A stretch of 64,000 nucleotides of DNA, taken from Dehalococcoidia bacterium. Its GTDB lineage: Bacteria > Chloroflexota > Dehalococcoidia > Bin125. The translations under genes were made by a program, and so were the position numbers. The stretch covers positions 1,901,664 to 1,965,663 of the forward strand of contig CAXXSR010000001.1 in NCBI GenBank assembly GCA_963662615.2, in the 5' to 3' direction. Each line of letters begins with the position of its first letter. Positions within the stretch are counted from its first letter, which is position 1. Under the pieces are notes generated by a model. The model was not told where the DNA came from and searched no databases. It was given only the letters and a program-made list of their open reading frames with translations. This document shows, piece after piece, positions 54,560 through 64,000 of the stretch.

Positions 54560-56050
54560 CTACGGTGGCTGCGCCTCGGCGCGTTCGTCGCGGGAACGGG
54601 CTTCGGGGGCCGCCCGCGGGGCCCTGCCCGTGAAGCCACGGTTCTCGCGGCCTCCGCCAATTGGCAAGGTGATTCGGAAGATCGTGCCCACGCCTACCTC
54701 GCTCTCCGCCCCAATCTCACCCCCTTGTGCCTGCACGATCTCGCGCGAAATGGCCAAACCAAGCCCGGTACCCCGCCGCCGCGCGGTGCTGCGCGCCCGG
54801 TAGAAGCGTTCGAAGAGAGGCCCCAGCTCGTCCGGGGGGATGCCCTCGCCCGTATCGCGCACCGTGAGGGCCACCTCCCCACCTTCCCGCGAGGCGCCCA
54901 GGGTGACGCCTCCCTCGCGGGTATGCTCCATCGCGTTGTCCACGAGATTCGTGAGCACCTGCACCATGCGGTCGAAATCGCAGGAGATGACCGGCAGGGG
55001 GTTCGCCACCTCGACGCGCAGATCGAGGCCAGCGTCGGCCGCGCGCTGTTCGAAAACATCGGCGACGTGCGTCAGGAGCTCCGCAGGATCGACGTTCTCC
55101 CGCCGCAGGCGGAACTCGCCCGCCTGCATGCGCGAGAGGTCCAGCAGATCCTCCACAAGGCGGAGCATGCGGCGGGCCTCATCATCGATGACCTGCACGG
55201 AGCGGCGCCGCTGCTGCTCATCCTGCACGGTGCCGTCGATCAGCGCTTGCGTGAACCCCCGAATGGCGGTGAGGGGCGTGCGAAGCTCATGATTCACGTC
55301 CGCCATGAAGTCTTGCAGGGTGCGCTCGTTCGCCTGGACTTGTGCGGTCATTCGGTTCAGGGCCCGCGCCAGCTCTCGGGTCTCATCCGGCCGCTCCTCG
55401 GGCACGCGCACGTCGTACTGGCCACCTCCCACCGCGCGGAGCGCACCCGTGAGGCGGTGCAGAGGGTTATAGATCGAACGGCCGATCAGCAGCCCCACGA
55501 GGAGGGCGACTCCGAACCCAATGAGGCCGCTAATCAGGAGGCGCGGCAGCAGGTCGCCGACCACGCCCGAAGCCCCGGCGCCCGGCACGGCAATGGCGAC
55601 AAAGGCCGCGCCGCGAAAGCGGGTCACCGGTACCAGGCGCGCCAGAAACGGCAGCGATTCTCCGTTCGCCTCGGCCTCACCCGTCAACCACTGCTCTGGA
55701 CTGCGCCGCACGTCGCGCAAGGTGACGGGAAGCTGGAGGTCGTTGAAGGCCGCTGCCGACGAGAGATCGCGAACCACTCGACCGTCGGCATCGAGGAGGA
55801 AGACCAGCGCACCGGTCTCCTCCGACTGCGCCTCCAAATAGCGGGCGAACTCCGGCGCCGAGACGTTGCGCTGGGCAAATTGGTCAACGCCGAAGAGGAC
55901 TTGATCCGCCACCAGCTGCAACGTGTTTCGGTCCAGGGCGTCGCGATAGCCGCCCAGCAGGGAGAAGAAAACGATCCCGGTGACTCCCAGAGTCAGGATG
56001 ATGACGAAGGCAAAGCCACCGAGGATTCGAAGGCTCAGGCTGCCAAGCAC
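54560..56050 (-). CDS. Sensor histidine kinase (2 TM, HAMP, HisKA, HATPase)
   Basis: The H-box is DVNHELRTPLTAIRGF, the N-box is LTNLVDNAMEHT, and the G-boxes are DTGEGI / GTGLGLAI. Confidence 0.9.
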   Translation of the reverse strand: MLGSLSLRILGGFAFVIILTLGVTGIVFFSLLGGYRDALDRNTLQLVADQVLFGVDQFAQRNVSAPEFARYLEAQSEETGALVFLLDADGRVVRDLSSAAAFNDLQLPVTLRDVRRSPEQWLTGEAEANGESLPFLARLVPVTRFRGAAFVAIAVPGAGASGVVGDLLPRLLISGLIGFGVALLVGLLIGRSIYNPLHRLTGALRAVGGGQYDVRVPEERPDETRELARALNRMTAQVQANERTLQDFMADVNHELRTPLTAIRGFTQALIDGTVQDEQQRRRSVQVIDDEARRMLRLVEDLLDLSRMQAGEFRLRRENVDPAELLTHVADVFEQRAADAGLDLRVEVANPLPVISCDFDRMVQVLTNLVDNAMEHTREGGVTLGASREGGEVALTVRDTGEGIPPDELGPLFERFYRARSTARRRGTGLGLAISREIVQAQGGEIGAESEVGVGTIFRITLPIGGGRENRGFTGRAPRAAPEARSRDERAEAQPP

Positions 56051-56102
56051 GCTGTCGCGCCTTGAGGACGCAGGCCTGCCGCCGTCTGGTGGCGGTGCAT
56101 GC

Positions 56103-56786
56103 TCATGCCCCGGAATCGGCGACCAGCTTGTAGCCCACCCCGCGGACCGTCTCGATACTGACGCCGCGGTCGCCCAACTTGCGCCGGAGCTGGGTCACGT
56201 GCACGTCAACGGTGCGTGTCTCGCCGTAATAATCGTAGCCCCAGACCCGCTCCAGGAGCTGGGCACGGGTCAGGACCATCCCTTCGTGCTCCGCCAGGGC
56301 GCGGAGGAGGTCAAACTCCTTCGTCCGCAGCGAGATGGGATCGTTCCCGACGGTGACTTCGCGGCGAGCCCAGTCAATGGTCAAGGGACCTACGGTCACG
56401 GCGCTCCGCGCGCTTTTGCCACCGCCCGCCGCCCGCCGCAGGATGGCCTTGACGCGCGCGGTGAGTTCACGGGGATTGAACGGTTTGCCCAGATAGTCGT
56501 CGGCGCCCAGCTCCAGCCCGACGATCCGATCGACCTCCTCGGTGCGGGCCGTGAGCATCAGAATCGGCACGTCGGACTCCGCACGAACGATCCGGCACAC
56601 CTCCAGCCCGTCGATCTCCGGCATCATCAAGTCCAGCACGACCAGATCCGGCGATTTGGCGCGGACCACGTTGAGGGCGGCCTGCCCATCCTCCGCCGTC
56701 AAGACCTGGAAGCCTTCCTTTTCCAGGTACATCGTTGCGAGCTCGCGGATGTGCTCTTCATCGTCAGCAACGAGAATCGTCTTCAC
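56103..56786 (-). CDS. OmpR/PhoB-family response regulator
   Basis: The receiver is KTILVADDEEHIREL...VLDLMMPEIDG, and the winged helix is RTVDVHVTQLRRKLG...IETVRGVGYKL. GTG 56786 is preferred. Confidence 0.9.
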   Translation of the reverse strand: MKTILVADDEEHIRELATMYLEKEGFQVLTAEDGQAALNVVRAKSPDLVVLDLMMPEIDGLEVCRIVRAESDVPILMLTARTEEVDRIVGLELGADDYLGKPFNPRELTARVKAILRRAAGGGKSARSAVTVGPLTIDWARREVTVGNDPISLRTKEFDLLRALAEHEGMVLTRAQLLERVWGYDYYGETRTVDVHVTQLRRKLGDRGVSIETVRGVGYKLVADSGA

Positions 56787-57081
56787 TGCACCTCCAGCGG
56801 AGCCGGCCTCCTGGCCGCCACACGCCAGTCCTTCCGCTCGCGAGATCGGCCCGTCATCCCTAACGCTATTGTAGATTGCGCGCTCCCACATGCCCCACTC
56901 ATGCCTTCAGCCACCCCCCGCCGCAGGAAGAACGCCGCTGATTCCAGTGTGCCCGGCGAAGGTGAGCGGGACGTGTGCGCGATGTTTGCGGGACGTAAAT
57001 CGGTGCGACCGCCGCCGCCCGGCTGTTCCTGCCGCCGCTCCGGCGTGGGCGCTGTCTCACAAGCCGAAGGGCGGAGCCTTG

Positions 57082-58314
57082 CTACGGCATGAATCGTTCG
57101 TTCGTCGCCACGGCGCCGAAGCCTTGCGCGATGGCACCGCCCGGCACATAGATCCGGCCGGCCAGCGGGGCTGCGCCGGTCCCGTGCCGCGGCGTAGGCA
57201 TTGCCGGGAACGTCTTCCATGCGTCCGCGGTGGGATCGTAGGCCTCCACCTCGTCGAACACTCCTCAGGCGTCTGCGCGGCTGCCCTCCCCGCCGAAAAC
57301 GTAGAGCCGCCCATTGAGGACCGCGGCGGCGATGCCGCCCCGAGGCGTTGGCATGGGCGCGCGAGACGACCACGTGCGCGTGTCGGGATCGAATGCATCC
57401 ATACGACCATCCACCGTCGCAATCGTGCCGCCACGGCCGCCGGCAACGAACACCATGCCGCCAATCGCGCCTGCGACCAGATGATCTCGTGGCGCGGGGA
57501 CGTCAGGCAGGATCTCCCAACTGTCCATAGCGGGATCGTAGGCAGAGAAATCGCCAACGGCCCCGCTGCGGAAGCCACCTGCAACGTAGATCTTGCCGCC
57601 CAGGACAGCCACGCCGGCACCGTCTCGCTCGGTACCCGCGGGCATGGCCGCTCGCGCGCTCCAGCTGTCGGCGTCGGGGTCGTACTCGAAGGCGCGGCCG
57701 TCGGCGGAGAAGGCACCACCAGTCAGGAACCCCACGACGTAGAGTCTCCCGTTCACCGCTGCCGTGTTGGCATGGTGCAGGGGCAGCGGGAGCGGTGCGA
57801 CGGTGCGCCATCGCTCCGTGGCCGGGTCATACGCTTCCACCGTGGCCACGATGTTGCGCCCCCTGTCAAAGCCGCCCAGCACGTAGATCTCGCCTGCCAG
57901 CGCCACCACCGCTGTCTCTTGCCGCGGCCCCGCGGCGAGCGGCGAGAGTGCTTCCCAGCGCCCCGCTGGTGTGATGCCGCCGACAGCGGCGGGCTCCGCG
58001 GCCTCCTCCTTGGGTGCATCTCCGGACCCAGTAGGCGTGGGCTCGGCGTCCCCCGGCGACGTTGCGTCGGGTGACGGCGGGGATTCATCGCGTCGCTGGG
58101 GAGCTCGCTCGCCGGCGGACTCCCCGGTGCGGGCATCGTCGGGCTCAGGAGTGCGGGCCGAATCCGAGCCGTCCCCGCAAGCGAAGAGCAACGACGCGGC
58201 AAGGACGAGGACTGCCGGGGCCGTGCGGAGGATGCGCGGACCGCTTCGGGCGCTCCCGCGGGAGTGTCTGATCACGTCGCGATACGACCCCCCCGAGAAG
58301 GCACCGTTCCCCAC
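57082..58314 (-). pseudogene. Kelch-repeat lipoprotein with in-frame TGA (57265-57267) before the last blade
   Basis: The lipobox is LLFACGDG, followed by five YDP...W...P.P....GG blades. After ...LYVFGGEGSRADA* the same frame continues GVFDEVEAYDPTADAWKTFPAMPTPRHGTGAAPLAGRIYVPGG... to TAG 57082-57084. Confidence 0.8.
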
Positions 58315-58397
58315 GACGACCGGCTATCGAGCGCGCTGCCGGCCCGGCGGCTGACCCGAGCCCGGGCCGGAGGGAGGCGGCAACGGCGCCGGCCCGG

Positions 58398-58967
58398 TCA
58401 GGAGCCGCCGGCTCCGATCTCCTTCGGCGCCCGCGCCGCAGTCAATTCAGCCGTGAACTTCTTGCGGCCGTTTCGTTCCTTCTCCGTCATCGCCATGACG
58501 TCTTCCGGAATCCAGAACGGGATCTCCCTGTCCGCCCGGCTGGGAGCCAAGAGATCGTCCAGATCCAAGACGAGCTCGCGCCGATCATATGCGCTCTGTT
58601 CGTGCCCCTCCCAGAGAGGAAGCATAGCGATGGCGTCGAAGGGGCAGACCTCTACGCAGATATTGCAGCGCATGCAACGCCCAAAATCGATATAGAAGTC
58701 CTCAATGACGGCCTTATGATTGCTCTCCCCAGCTGCGAATTTCGCATTCTTCGTGAGTGTCGTTGTCATGCAGTCAACCGGGCATGCCTTGACGCATTTT
58801 CCGCAGCCGGTGCAGTTGGGCTCCTCCAGCTCATGGTTCCAAATGAGGTAGGGGAAGGTGCGGGCCCGCTTCGGCAGGGTGCGCTTTTCGTCCGGGTAAT
58901 GCACCGTTACGGGCTGCTGGGCAAAGATCCTGGCGCTTCGCGCCATGGCCTTCATGATTCCGCGCAT
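58398..58967 (-). CDS. NuoI-like 2x[4Fe-4S] ferredoxin (orphan, with C-terminal extension)
   Basis: TVHYPDEKRTLPKRAR, CTGCGKCVKACPVDC and CMRCNICVEVCPFDAI match NADH-quinone oxidoreductase subunit I. No other nuo genes lie nearby. Confidence 0.78.
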   Translation of the reverse strand: MRGIMKAMARSARIFAQQPVTVHYPDEKRTLPKRARTFPYLIWNHELEEPNCTGCGKCVKACPVDCMTTTLTKNAKFAAGESNHKAVIEDFYIDFGRCMRCNICVEVCPFDAIAMLPLWEGHEQSAYDRRELVLDLDDLLAPSRADREIPFWIPEDVMAMTEKERNGRKKFTAELTAARAPKEIGAGGS

Positions 58968-59725
58968 AGAGGCTCCTCGATCCCGCTCCGTCGCGGGTTG
59001 ATCTCTGTCCGACCAGCCGCTCCGCTTTTCGCTCGCGAGGTAGGTGCTACTGCCATGATAATGGATGGCCCCGAGACGGCCGGCAGGCGCCGGTCTGGCG
59101 TCGTCCCGCCGGGATCACAGCACCGCGGGCGCTGGCTGGGGAAGCACTCGCGCAGATGCCGTTGGGAACGCTGCCCTCGACCCATGAATGGATCGAGCTG
59201 CACGCCGCGACGGCTCAAATCTCAAGAGAGGTCGCGCGGGAGGTTCCGCGGTGGCGCTGTGCCGTGTCTCGGCGTCGCCACGGGGAGCGTAGTGCGGCCC
59301 CGCGGGCGCCGTGCGATGACGCGGGAAGGATTCGCACAATTCATCACAAACAGCCGTCGTCCCGATGGCTCTGGGGGGCAGCAGGCCAGCGCGGAGATCC
59401 GTCGAGTCCTCGCGAAGCGTAGGAATGAGGGCGCAGTGCAGATCGATCGTCTACGCTGACAGCCCCGGCTTCGGAATGCATCGAGGCACCTCTCGATGCG
59501 AACGCGCAGGGAGGCGCGGCATGGCTCCTCAACACCAAGCGAAGCGCCGGACGCTGCTTCCTCTTCGGTCGTGCGTCGACATCCCACGATCCGACAGCGA
59601 TCTGCGCCAGCGCCCCCGCGAATTGCCGTCGAAGCCGGCACCCGCTAGCCCGCCCGCGTCATTGGAGGCGACGCGATTGGCGCAGCAGAGCGCGTTCAGG
59701 AGGTATCAGGATAGGAGCGAGATCC

Positions 59726-59980
59726 ATGGTGAGGGAAGGTGTCCTTCGACCTAAGGCGACGGACCTGCGTCAGGCGAGAGACGCACCGGCGCGCTGCCAG
59801 CGTTGCCGGGGGACCTTGGTGGCGATACGCGAAGACGGTCCCAACGAGGGGGTTTGTCTCAACTGCGGTTGGCGTTGGTACGGCGCCGACGTGGTGCAGC
59901 TGGCGCAGGCGCAGGCGGAGATGCAGCCGCGGCGATCGGCGCGCGGGTACGCCGGCTACCATGCCAGGCGCGGATACTAG
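59726..59980 (+). CDS. Small zinc-ribbon protein (hypothetical)
   Basis: CQRCRG...CLNCGW forms two CxxC pairs. An AGGAG lies 8 nt upstream of the ATG. Confidence 0.45.
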   Translation: MVREGVLRPKATDLRQARDAPARCQRCRGTLVAIREDGPNEGVCLNCGWRWYGADVVQLAQAQAEMQPRRSARGYAGYHARRGY

Positions 59981-60236
59981 CGAGACCGCGCCCGGCGGGG
60001 CAGTCGCTGTGTCGGCCCGGGCCCATCCCTGAGCAGCCGGCCCATCCCACCAGCAAGCAGAACGTGCCGAAAGGCTCCGGGGAGTCGCCTCAATGCGCGC
60101 GCCTGCGGCACGCGGCCGACGTCCCTGGCTCTGACCCGCAGCACCGCGCCTCCTGCGGATCAAGCCAATCTTGGTCCCGCTCCCCGCGGGGGATCCGCTG
60201 ATGGCGCGCACCGGGACAAGTTGACGGTCCCCCGGG

Positions 60237-60587
60237 TTAGGACCAGTCCACGATCACGACCGCAAATGCGTACCCTGTCCCAACTAGGGCGGCGCCATAG
60301 CAGAGCAGGGCGATGGGCCGGTCGAAACGGCGCAGCCCCAGCTCCCCCAGCGTAAAACGGAAGCGGTGCGCCCAGTGGAAGAAGGCTAACGATACGACGA
60401 TGACGAGGGCAGCGCGAAACGCCTTGTGCTCGAATACATCGACCAGCTGCTCTTCTGAGATCACGCCAGCCGCGAGGACGAAGCCCAACATGACGATGAG
60501 CACCGGCATCAGCAGCGCAGTGATCGTGCCCCCGGCGGAAAAGAGGGACCAGAACAGCGGCTCGTTGGACGGATTGCGTTTCAGCAC
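60237..60587 (-). CDS. frdD: Fumarate reductase membrane anchor subunit D
   Basis: NEPLFWSLFSAGGTITALLMPVLIV parallels E. coli FrdD [25 protein letters not shown]. Confidence 0.85.
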   Translation of the reverse strand: MLKRNPSNEPLFWSLFSAGGTITALLMPVLIVMLGFVLAAGVISEEQLVDVFEHKAFRAALVIVVSLAFFHWAHRFRFTLGELGLRRFDRPIALLCYGAALVGTGYAFAVVIVDWS

Positions 60588-60635
60588 TGCGGACCTCGAC
60601 TCATCGCCGCGGGCACTTGTCGTTCCCGCGGCGAC

Positions 60636-61019
60636 CTAGACGAGAAAGAGGAGCGCGACCAGCGCCGAGAGGACAAGCAAGGCCACGTAGTTGGGCAGCG
60701 TCACTTTCCAGGGCGCTAGTCTCTCCTCGCCTCGCCAGATAGGCACCGCCTTCGCGAACGAATTGAACCACGTCACAGTGTGGAGCACTGCGAAAATAAA
60801 GATAATTGCGTGCAGCGCCAGCATCCCCGGCGTGTCGAGGAAATCGAGATAGGCCGCCAGCGTGTCCCCGCCTTTGTAGACCTTGATGCCCAGGACCAAG
60901 AGGAGGAGCGCATAGCCGGCCACGAAGACCGCCGAGAGCTCCCGCAGCATGAAGAGCGTGTAGGGCCGCCGCTGCAGCCACCAGGTCGCCTTCATCTTGG
61001 GGTAGTACGGCCTACGCAT
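60636..61019 (-). CDS. frdC: Fumarate reductase membrane anchor subunit C
   Basis: [31 protein letters not shown] parallels E. coli FrdC [29 protein letters not shown]. There is an ATGA start/stop overlap with frdB at 61019. Confidence 0.85.
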   Translation of the reverse strand: MRRPYYPKMKATWWLQRRPYTLFMLRELSAVFVAGYALLLLVLGIKVYKGGDTLAAYLDFLDTPGMLALHAIIFIFAVLHTVTWFNSFAKAVPIWRGEERLAPWKVTLPNYVALLVLSALVALLFLV

Positions 61020-61780
61020 CAGCTCGCCTTTTCCGGCCCTCCGCCGAAGGGAAGCAGGAACGATTTGTACCAGGAAACGGCGCTTGAGAGCTTGAGCTGC
61101 TGAATGGCGCCGGCAGGATCGACGTCCTTTGGGCAGACGGCGCTGCACTCTCCGACGAACGTGCAATCCCAGATGCCCTCATCGCTCGCGACCACCCAGG
61201 CGCGGCGATCGCGGCCCTGATCGCGCGAGTCCAGATTGTAGCGATGGGCCAGAGCGAGCGCCGCCGGACCCACGAACTCCTTCTCGTTGCCGTACACCGG
61301 GCAGGCGGCATAGCAGAGCATGCAGTTGATGCACATGCTGAACTGCTTGTAGCGGGCGAGCTGCGCCGGGGTCTGCCGATACGCCCCCTCGTCGAGAGGA
61401 CGCTCTTCCTCACGAATGAGCCAGGGCTGGACCGCCTGCAACTTCGCCATGAAATCATCCAGCACAATGACCAAGTCGCGCTCGACAGGGAAGTTAGCGA
61501 GCGGCTCCACCTTGATCGGACCCGGCGTGTAGTCACGGAGAAAGGCGGCGCAGGAGAGCTTGGGGACACCGTTGATCATCATCCCGCAACTGCCGCAGAC
61601 GCCCATACGGCAGGACCAGCGGAACGAGAGGGTTCCATCAACCTGGTCCTTGACGTAGTTCAGGGCGTCAAGGACCACCCAGTCACGGTGGAACGGCACT
61701 TCGTACTGCTGCCACGTGGGCTCTTCGTCCTCCCCGGGGCGGTAGCGCGTCACCTCAAGGGCGATGGTTTCGCCGGTCAT
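61019..61780 (-). CDS. frdB: Fumarate reductase / succinate dehydrogenase iron-sulfur subunit
   Basis: The clusters are 2Fe-2[16 protein letters not shown]...SC, 4Fe-4[13 protein letters not shown] and 3Fe-4[13 protein letters not shown]. Confidence 0.93.
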   Translation of the reverse strand: MTGETIALEVTRYRPGEDEEPTWQQYEVPFHRDWVVLDALNYVKDQVDGTLSFRWSCRMGVCGSCGMMINGVPKLSCAAFLRDYTPGPIKVEPLANFPVERDLVIVLDDFMAKLQAVQPWLIREEERPLDEGAYRQTPAQLARYKQFSMCINCMLCYAACPVYGNEKEFVGPAALALAHRYNLDSRDQGRDRRAWVVASDEGIWDCTFVGECSAVCPKDVDPAGAIQQLKLSSAVSWYKSFLLPFGGGPEKAS

Positions 61781-61904
61781 TGCGTCTCCAATTCCGAGGT
61801 CGTGCGCGCGCAGACCCGGTCGCCGTGGCAGCGACCCAGCTGCTCAAGCGTCTGTCGCCCCGTCCGGGCCGCAGCACGCGGCCCGGACGCGTCTCTCCCC
61901 GGCC

Positions 61905-63722
61905 TCATCTTCCGGCTCCATAGACCCGCTCGGCCGGCGGCCAGTTCGTGATGACCACGTCCCGATAATCGATCCGCGGCGCTCCATCGGTTTTGAAAGC
62001 GAGCGAGTGCTTGAGCATCGTCTCGTCGTCGCGGTCCGGATGATCCCGGCGTTGGTGGGCGCCGCGGGACTCCTTCCGCTCCAGCGCCGAATGGACGACG
62101 GCTTCCGCGACGTCCAGCATGAATTCCAATTCCAGCGCCGCCGTCAGCTCTGTATTGAAACTCAGGCTGTGGTCGTCCAGCGCCAGATCCTTGGAGCGCC
62201 CCTTCAAGTCGGCCACCTTCGCTGCAGCCAAGCGCAGCGATTCTTCCGTTCGGTAGATCCCGACTCCCGCTTCCATGGCCTGGGTCATTTCCGAGCGCAC
62301 CGCGGCGATGCGCTCCTGCCCGCCGCGCTTGTTGATGAAGTCCCGCGCGATCCGCTCTTGTTCGGCTTCGGCCTGTCGCTTCAGCGCCGCTCCGTCGAAC
62401 GTTGGGTGCTCCAGCGCCCAGCGCGCCGACCCCTTGCCGGCCCGCGCCCCGAAGACAAGCAACTCCGTCAGCGAGTTGGAGCCGAGCCGGTTGGCGCCGT
62501 TGATGCTGACGCAGGCGCACTCGCCCGCTGCGTAGAGCCCGGGCAGGACCGTGGCGCCGTCGTTGTCCACGTCGACGCCGCCCATCATGTAGTGCACCAC
62601 GGGCCGCACCGGAATCGGTTCGTATACCGGGTCAATGCCGCCGTAGTTCTTGGCCAGCTCCCGCACGAACGGCAGCTTTTTGTCGATCGTCTTCTCGCCC
62701 AGGTGGCGCACGTCCAGGTGGACGTAGGTTCCGTAGGGTCCTTCGAAGACGCGGCGCTTCTCTTCTTCGTGCACGAACGCCTGCGATAGCTTGTCGCGGG
62801 GCCCAAGCTCCATCGTTCGCGTCCGCGGATGGCTCGGGTCATGAACGTCCAGGGGCTCGCCCAGCCCATATTCGCTCAGGTAGCGATCGCCTTCGCTGTT
62901 CACCAGGATGCCGCCTTCGCCGCGGCACGCCTCCGTGATCAAGATGCCCGTCCCGGGGAGCCCGGTGGGATGGTACTGAACGAACTCCATGTCCTTCAGG
63001 GGAACACCGGCTCGATAGGCGATCGCCATGCCGTCGCCGGTATTGATGGAGGCATTCGTGGTGAACGGATAGACGCGTCCGCCGCCCCCCGTGCAAAGGA
63101 TCACCGCCTTCGCCAGAATGGCCCGCATTTGGCCGGTCCGCAGTTCCATTGCCGTCAGCCCTTGGCAGCGACCGTCCTCTACGAGCAACCGGGTCGCGAA
63201 CCATTCGTCGTAGCGGGTCACGCGGGCGTACTTGAGCGAGGTCTGGAAGAGCGCGTGCAGCATGTGGAAGCCGGTTTTGTCGGCGGCGTACCAGGTGCGC
63301 TGAATTCTCATGCCGCCGAAGGGCCGGACCGCAACGCTGCCATCCGGCTCGCGGCTCCAGGGACAACCCCAATGTTCCAACTGGATCATCTCAGCGGGAG
63401 CTTCTTGGACGAACAGTTCCACCGCATCTTGGTCTGCGAGCCAATCGGCGCCGCTAATCGTGTCGCGGATGTGGTCTTCCAAGGAGTCGTCGGGTTTGAT
63501 CACGGCGGCGGCGCCGCCCTCGGCGGAGACCGTGTGGCTCCGCATGGGATAGACCTTGGAGACCATGGCGATGTCGAGGTCGGGGTAGGCTTCCGCCGCC
63601 GCAATGACAGCGCGCAGGCCGGCGCCGCCTCCGCCCAGGATCACAACGTCGTGTTGAATCGATTCCGTCAATGCCCCGCCCCAGATCCCGCGCAGCCGCC
63701 TAGGGCGGCCAACGAAGGACAA
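61905..63722 (-). CDS. frdA: Fumarate reductase / succinate dehydrogenase flavoprotein subunit
   Basis: [23 protein letters not shown] (covalent FAD His), HPTG and RGEGG are present. The start may be the TTG a few codons downstream. Confidence 0.93.
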   Translation of the reverse strand: MSFVGRPRRLRGIWGGALTESIQHDVVILGGGGAGLRAVIAAAEAYPDLDIAMVSKVYPMRSHTVSAEGGAAAVIKPDDSLEDHIRDTISGADWLADQDAVELFVQEAPAEMIQLEHWGCPWSREPDGSVAVRPFGGMRIQRTWYAADKTGFHMLHALFQTSLKYARVTRYDEWFATRLLVEDGRCQGLTAMELRTGQMRAILAKAVILCTGGGGRVYPFTTNASINTGDGMAIAYRAGVPLKDMEFVQYHPTGLPGTGILITEACRGEGGILVNSEGDRYLSEYGLGEPLDVHDPSHPRTRTMELGPRDKLSQAFVHEEEKRRVFEGPYGTYVHLDVRHLGEKTIDKKLPFVRELAKNYGGIDPVYEPIPVRPVVHYMMGGVDVDNDGATVLPGLYAAGECACVSINGANRLGSNSLTELLVFGARAGKGSARWALEHPTFDGAALKRQAEAEQERIARDFINKRGGQERIAAVRSEMTQAMEAGVGIYRTEESLRLAAAKVADLKGRSKDLALDDHSLSFNTELTAALELEFMLDVAEAVVHSALERKESRGAHQRRDHPDRDDETMLKHSLAFKTDGAPRIDYRDVVITNWPPAERVYGAGR

Positions 63723-64000
63723 TCCTACGGCAACTTCGCCAGACTACAACCCGTGGGCGGCATCGCAACCATCGCGAAGCCGCACCCTCCCACCGGCATC
63801 CTACCGTGCCCGCTCACCCGGCCCCTTGTACGTGCCCGCTACGCCGTGAGGCGGTTCAGAGCGGCCACTCCGGGGGCGCGCACGGTGGTGATTCTCCCCG
63901 TAGGGCCCGGCCCATCGCGGACTCCCGCTTGGACCCGCGGGCGGGCAAGCCAGTCACCGACCGACGGGATCCGGCGCCGTCGCGCGGCCGTATACTTCAC

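Noticed and set aside
58602-59641. ORFs 58602-59459(+) and 59222-59641(-) in the region next to the NuoI-like gene.
   Set aside because: The first is largely antisense to the NuoI-like gene, and both are Arg/Gly-rich without motifs or SD sequences.

Overview
This is a high-GC bacterial chromosomal window (about two-thirds G+C by eye, with strong G/C third-position bias), densely coding on both strands. Gene content and a GAAC-N4-GTTC SOS box suggest a Terrabacteria lineage such as Chloroflexota/Thermomicrobia or a relative; this is inference only.

Recognisable content, left to right:
- folE and an orphan TadG-like protein.
- A REP-like hairpin-repeat cluster and a lower-GC islet holding an unknown protein and a probably leaderless HTH gene.
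- An excisionase-HTH/TM/class-F-like sortase fusion, then GH130 and HAD genes.
- A pentose-phosphate operon (tkt, rpiB, tal/pgi fusion, gnd, zwf). Here tkt carries an in-frame TAA and zwf is cut down to about 90 codons.
- An RRM protein, a GNAT-like protein, a G16 tract and an MFS remnant.
- A five-gene operon: ECF sigma, RskA-type anti-sigma, DUF4331, TPR lipoprotein, NicO/RcnA-like permease.
- A repeat-rich lipoprotein and a PTPS/QueD-like gene.
- A cellulose-synthase-like GT2 and HDOD pair, next to a CHASE-PAS histidine kinase and CheY-like, LuxR-solo and NarL-type regulators.
- Acyl-CoA dehydrogenase/thiolase/DUF35, an enolase-superfamily enzyme and hydrolases.
- An orphan AmmeMemoRadiSam-type radical SAM gene, an ArsR-AHSA1 pair, an AKR and an RraA-like gene.
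- A J-domain/flavin-reductase fusion next to an indoleamine-2,3-dioxygenase homologue.
- A LexA-box-preceded imuB, small ORF, dnaE2 mutagenesis cassette, then ppdK and an OmpR/HK pair.
- A Kelch lipoprotein with an in-frame TGA, an orphan NuoI-like ferredoxin, and frdABCD.

No rRNA, tRNA, CRISPR array, transposase or integrase was recognised.

The most unusual aspects are:
1. The DUF4331-centred, sigma-controlled envelope operon.
2. The HTH-sortase fusion with a 16-bp x3.4 tandem repeat upstream.
3. The J-domain flavin reductase/IDO pair.
4. A high density of gene lesions: 2 in-frame stops, at least 4 probable frameshifts and at least 5 truncated remnants. This is either real gene decay or sequence/assembly error, and must be resolved before functional claims are made.
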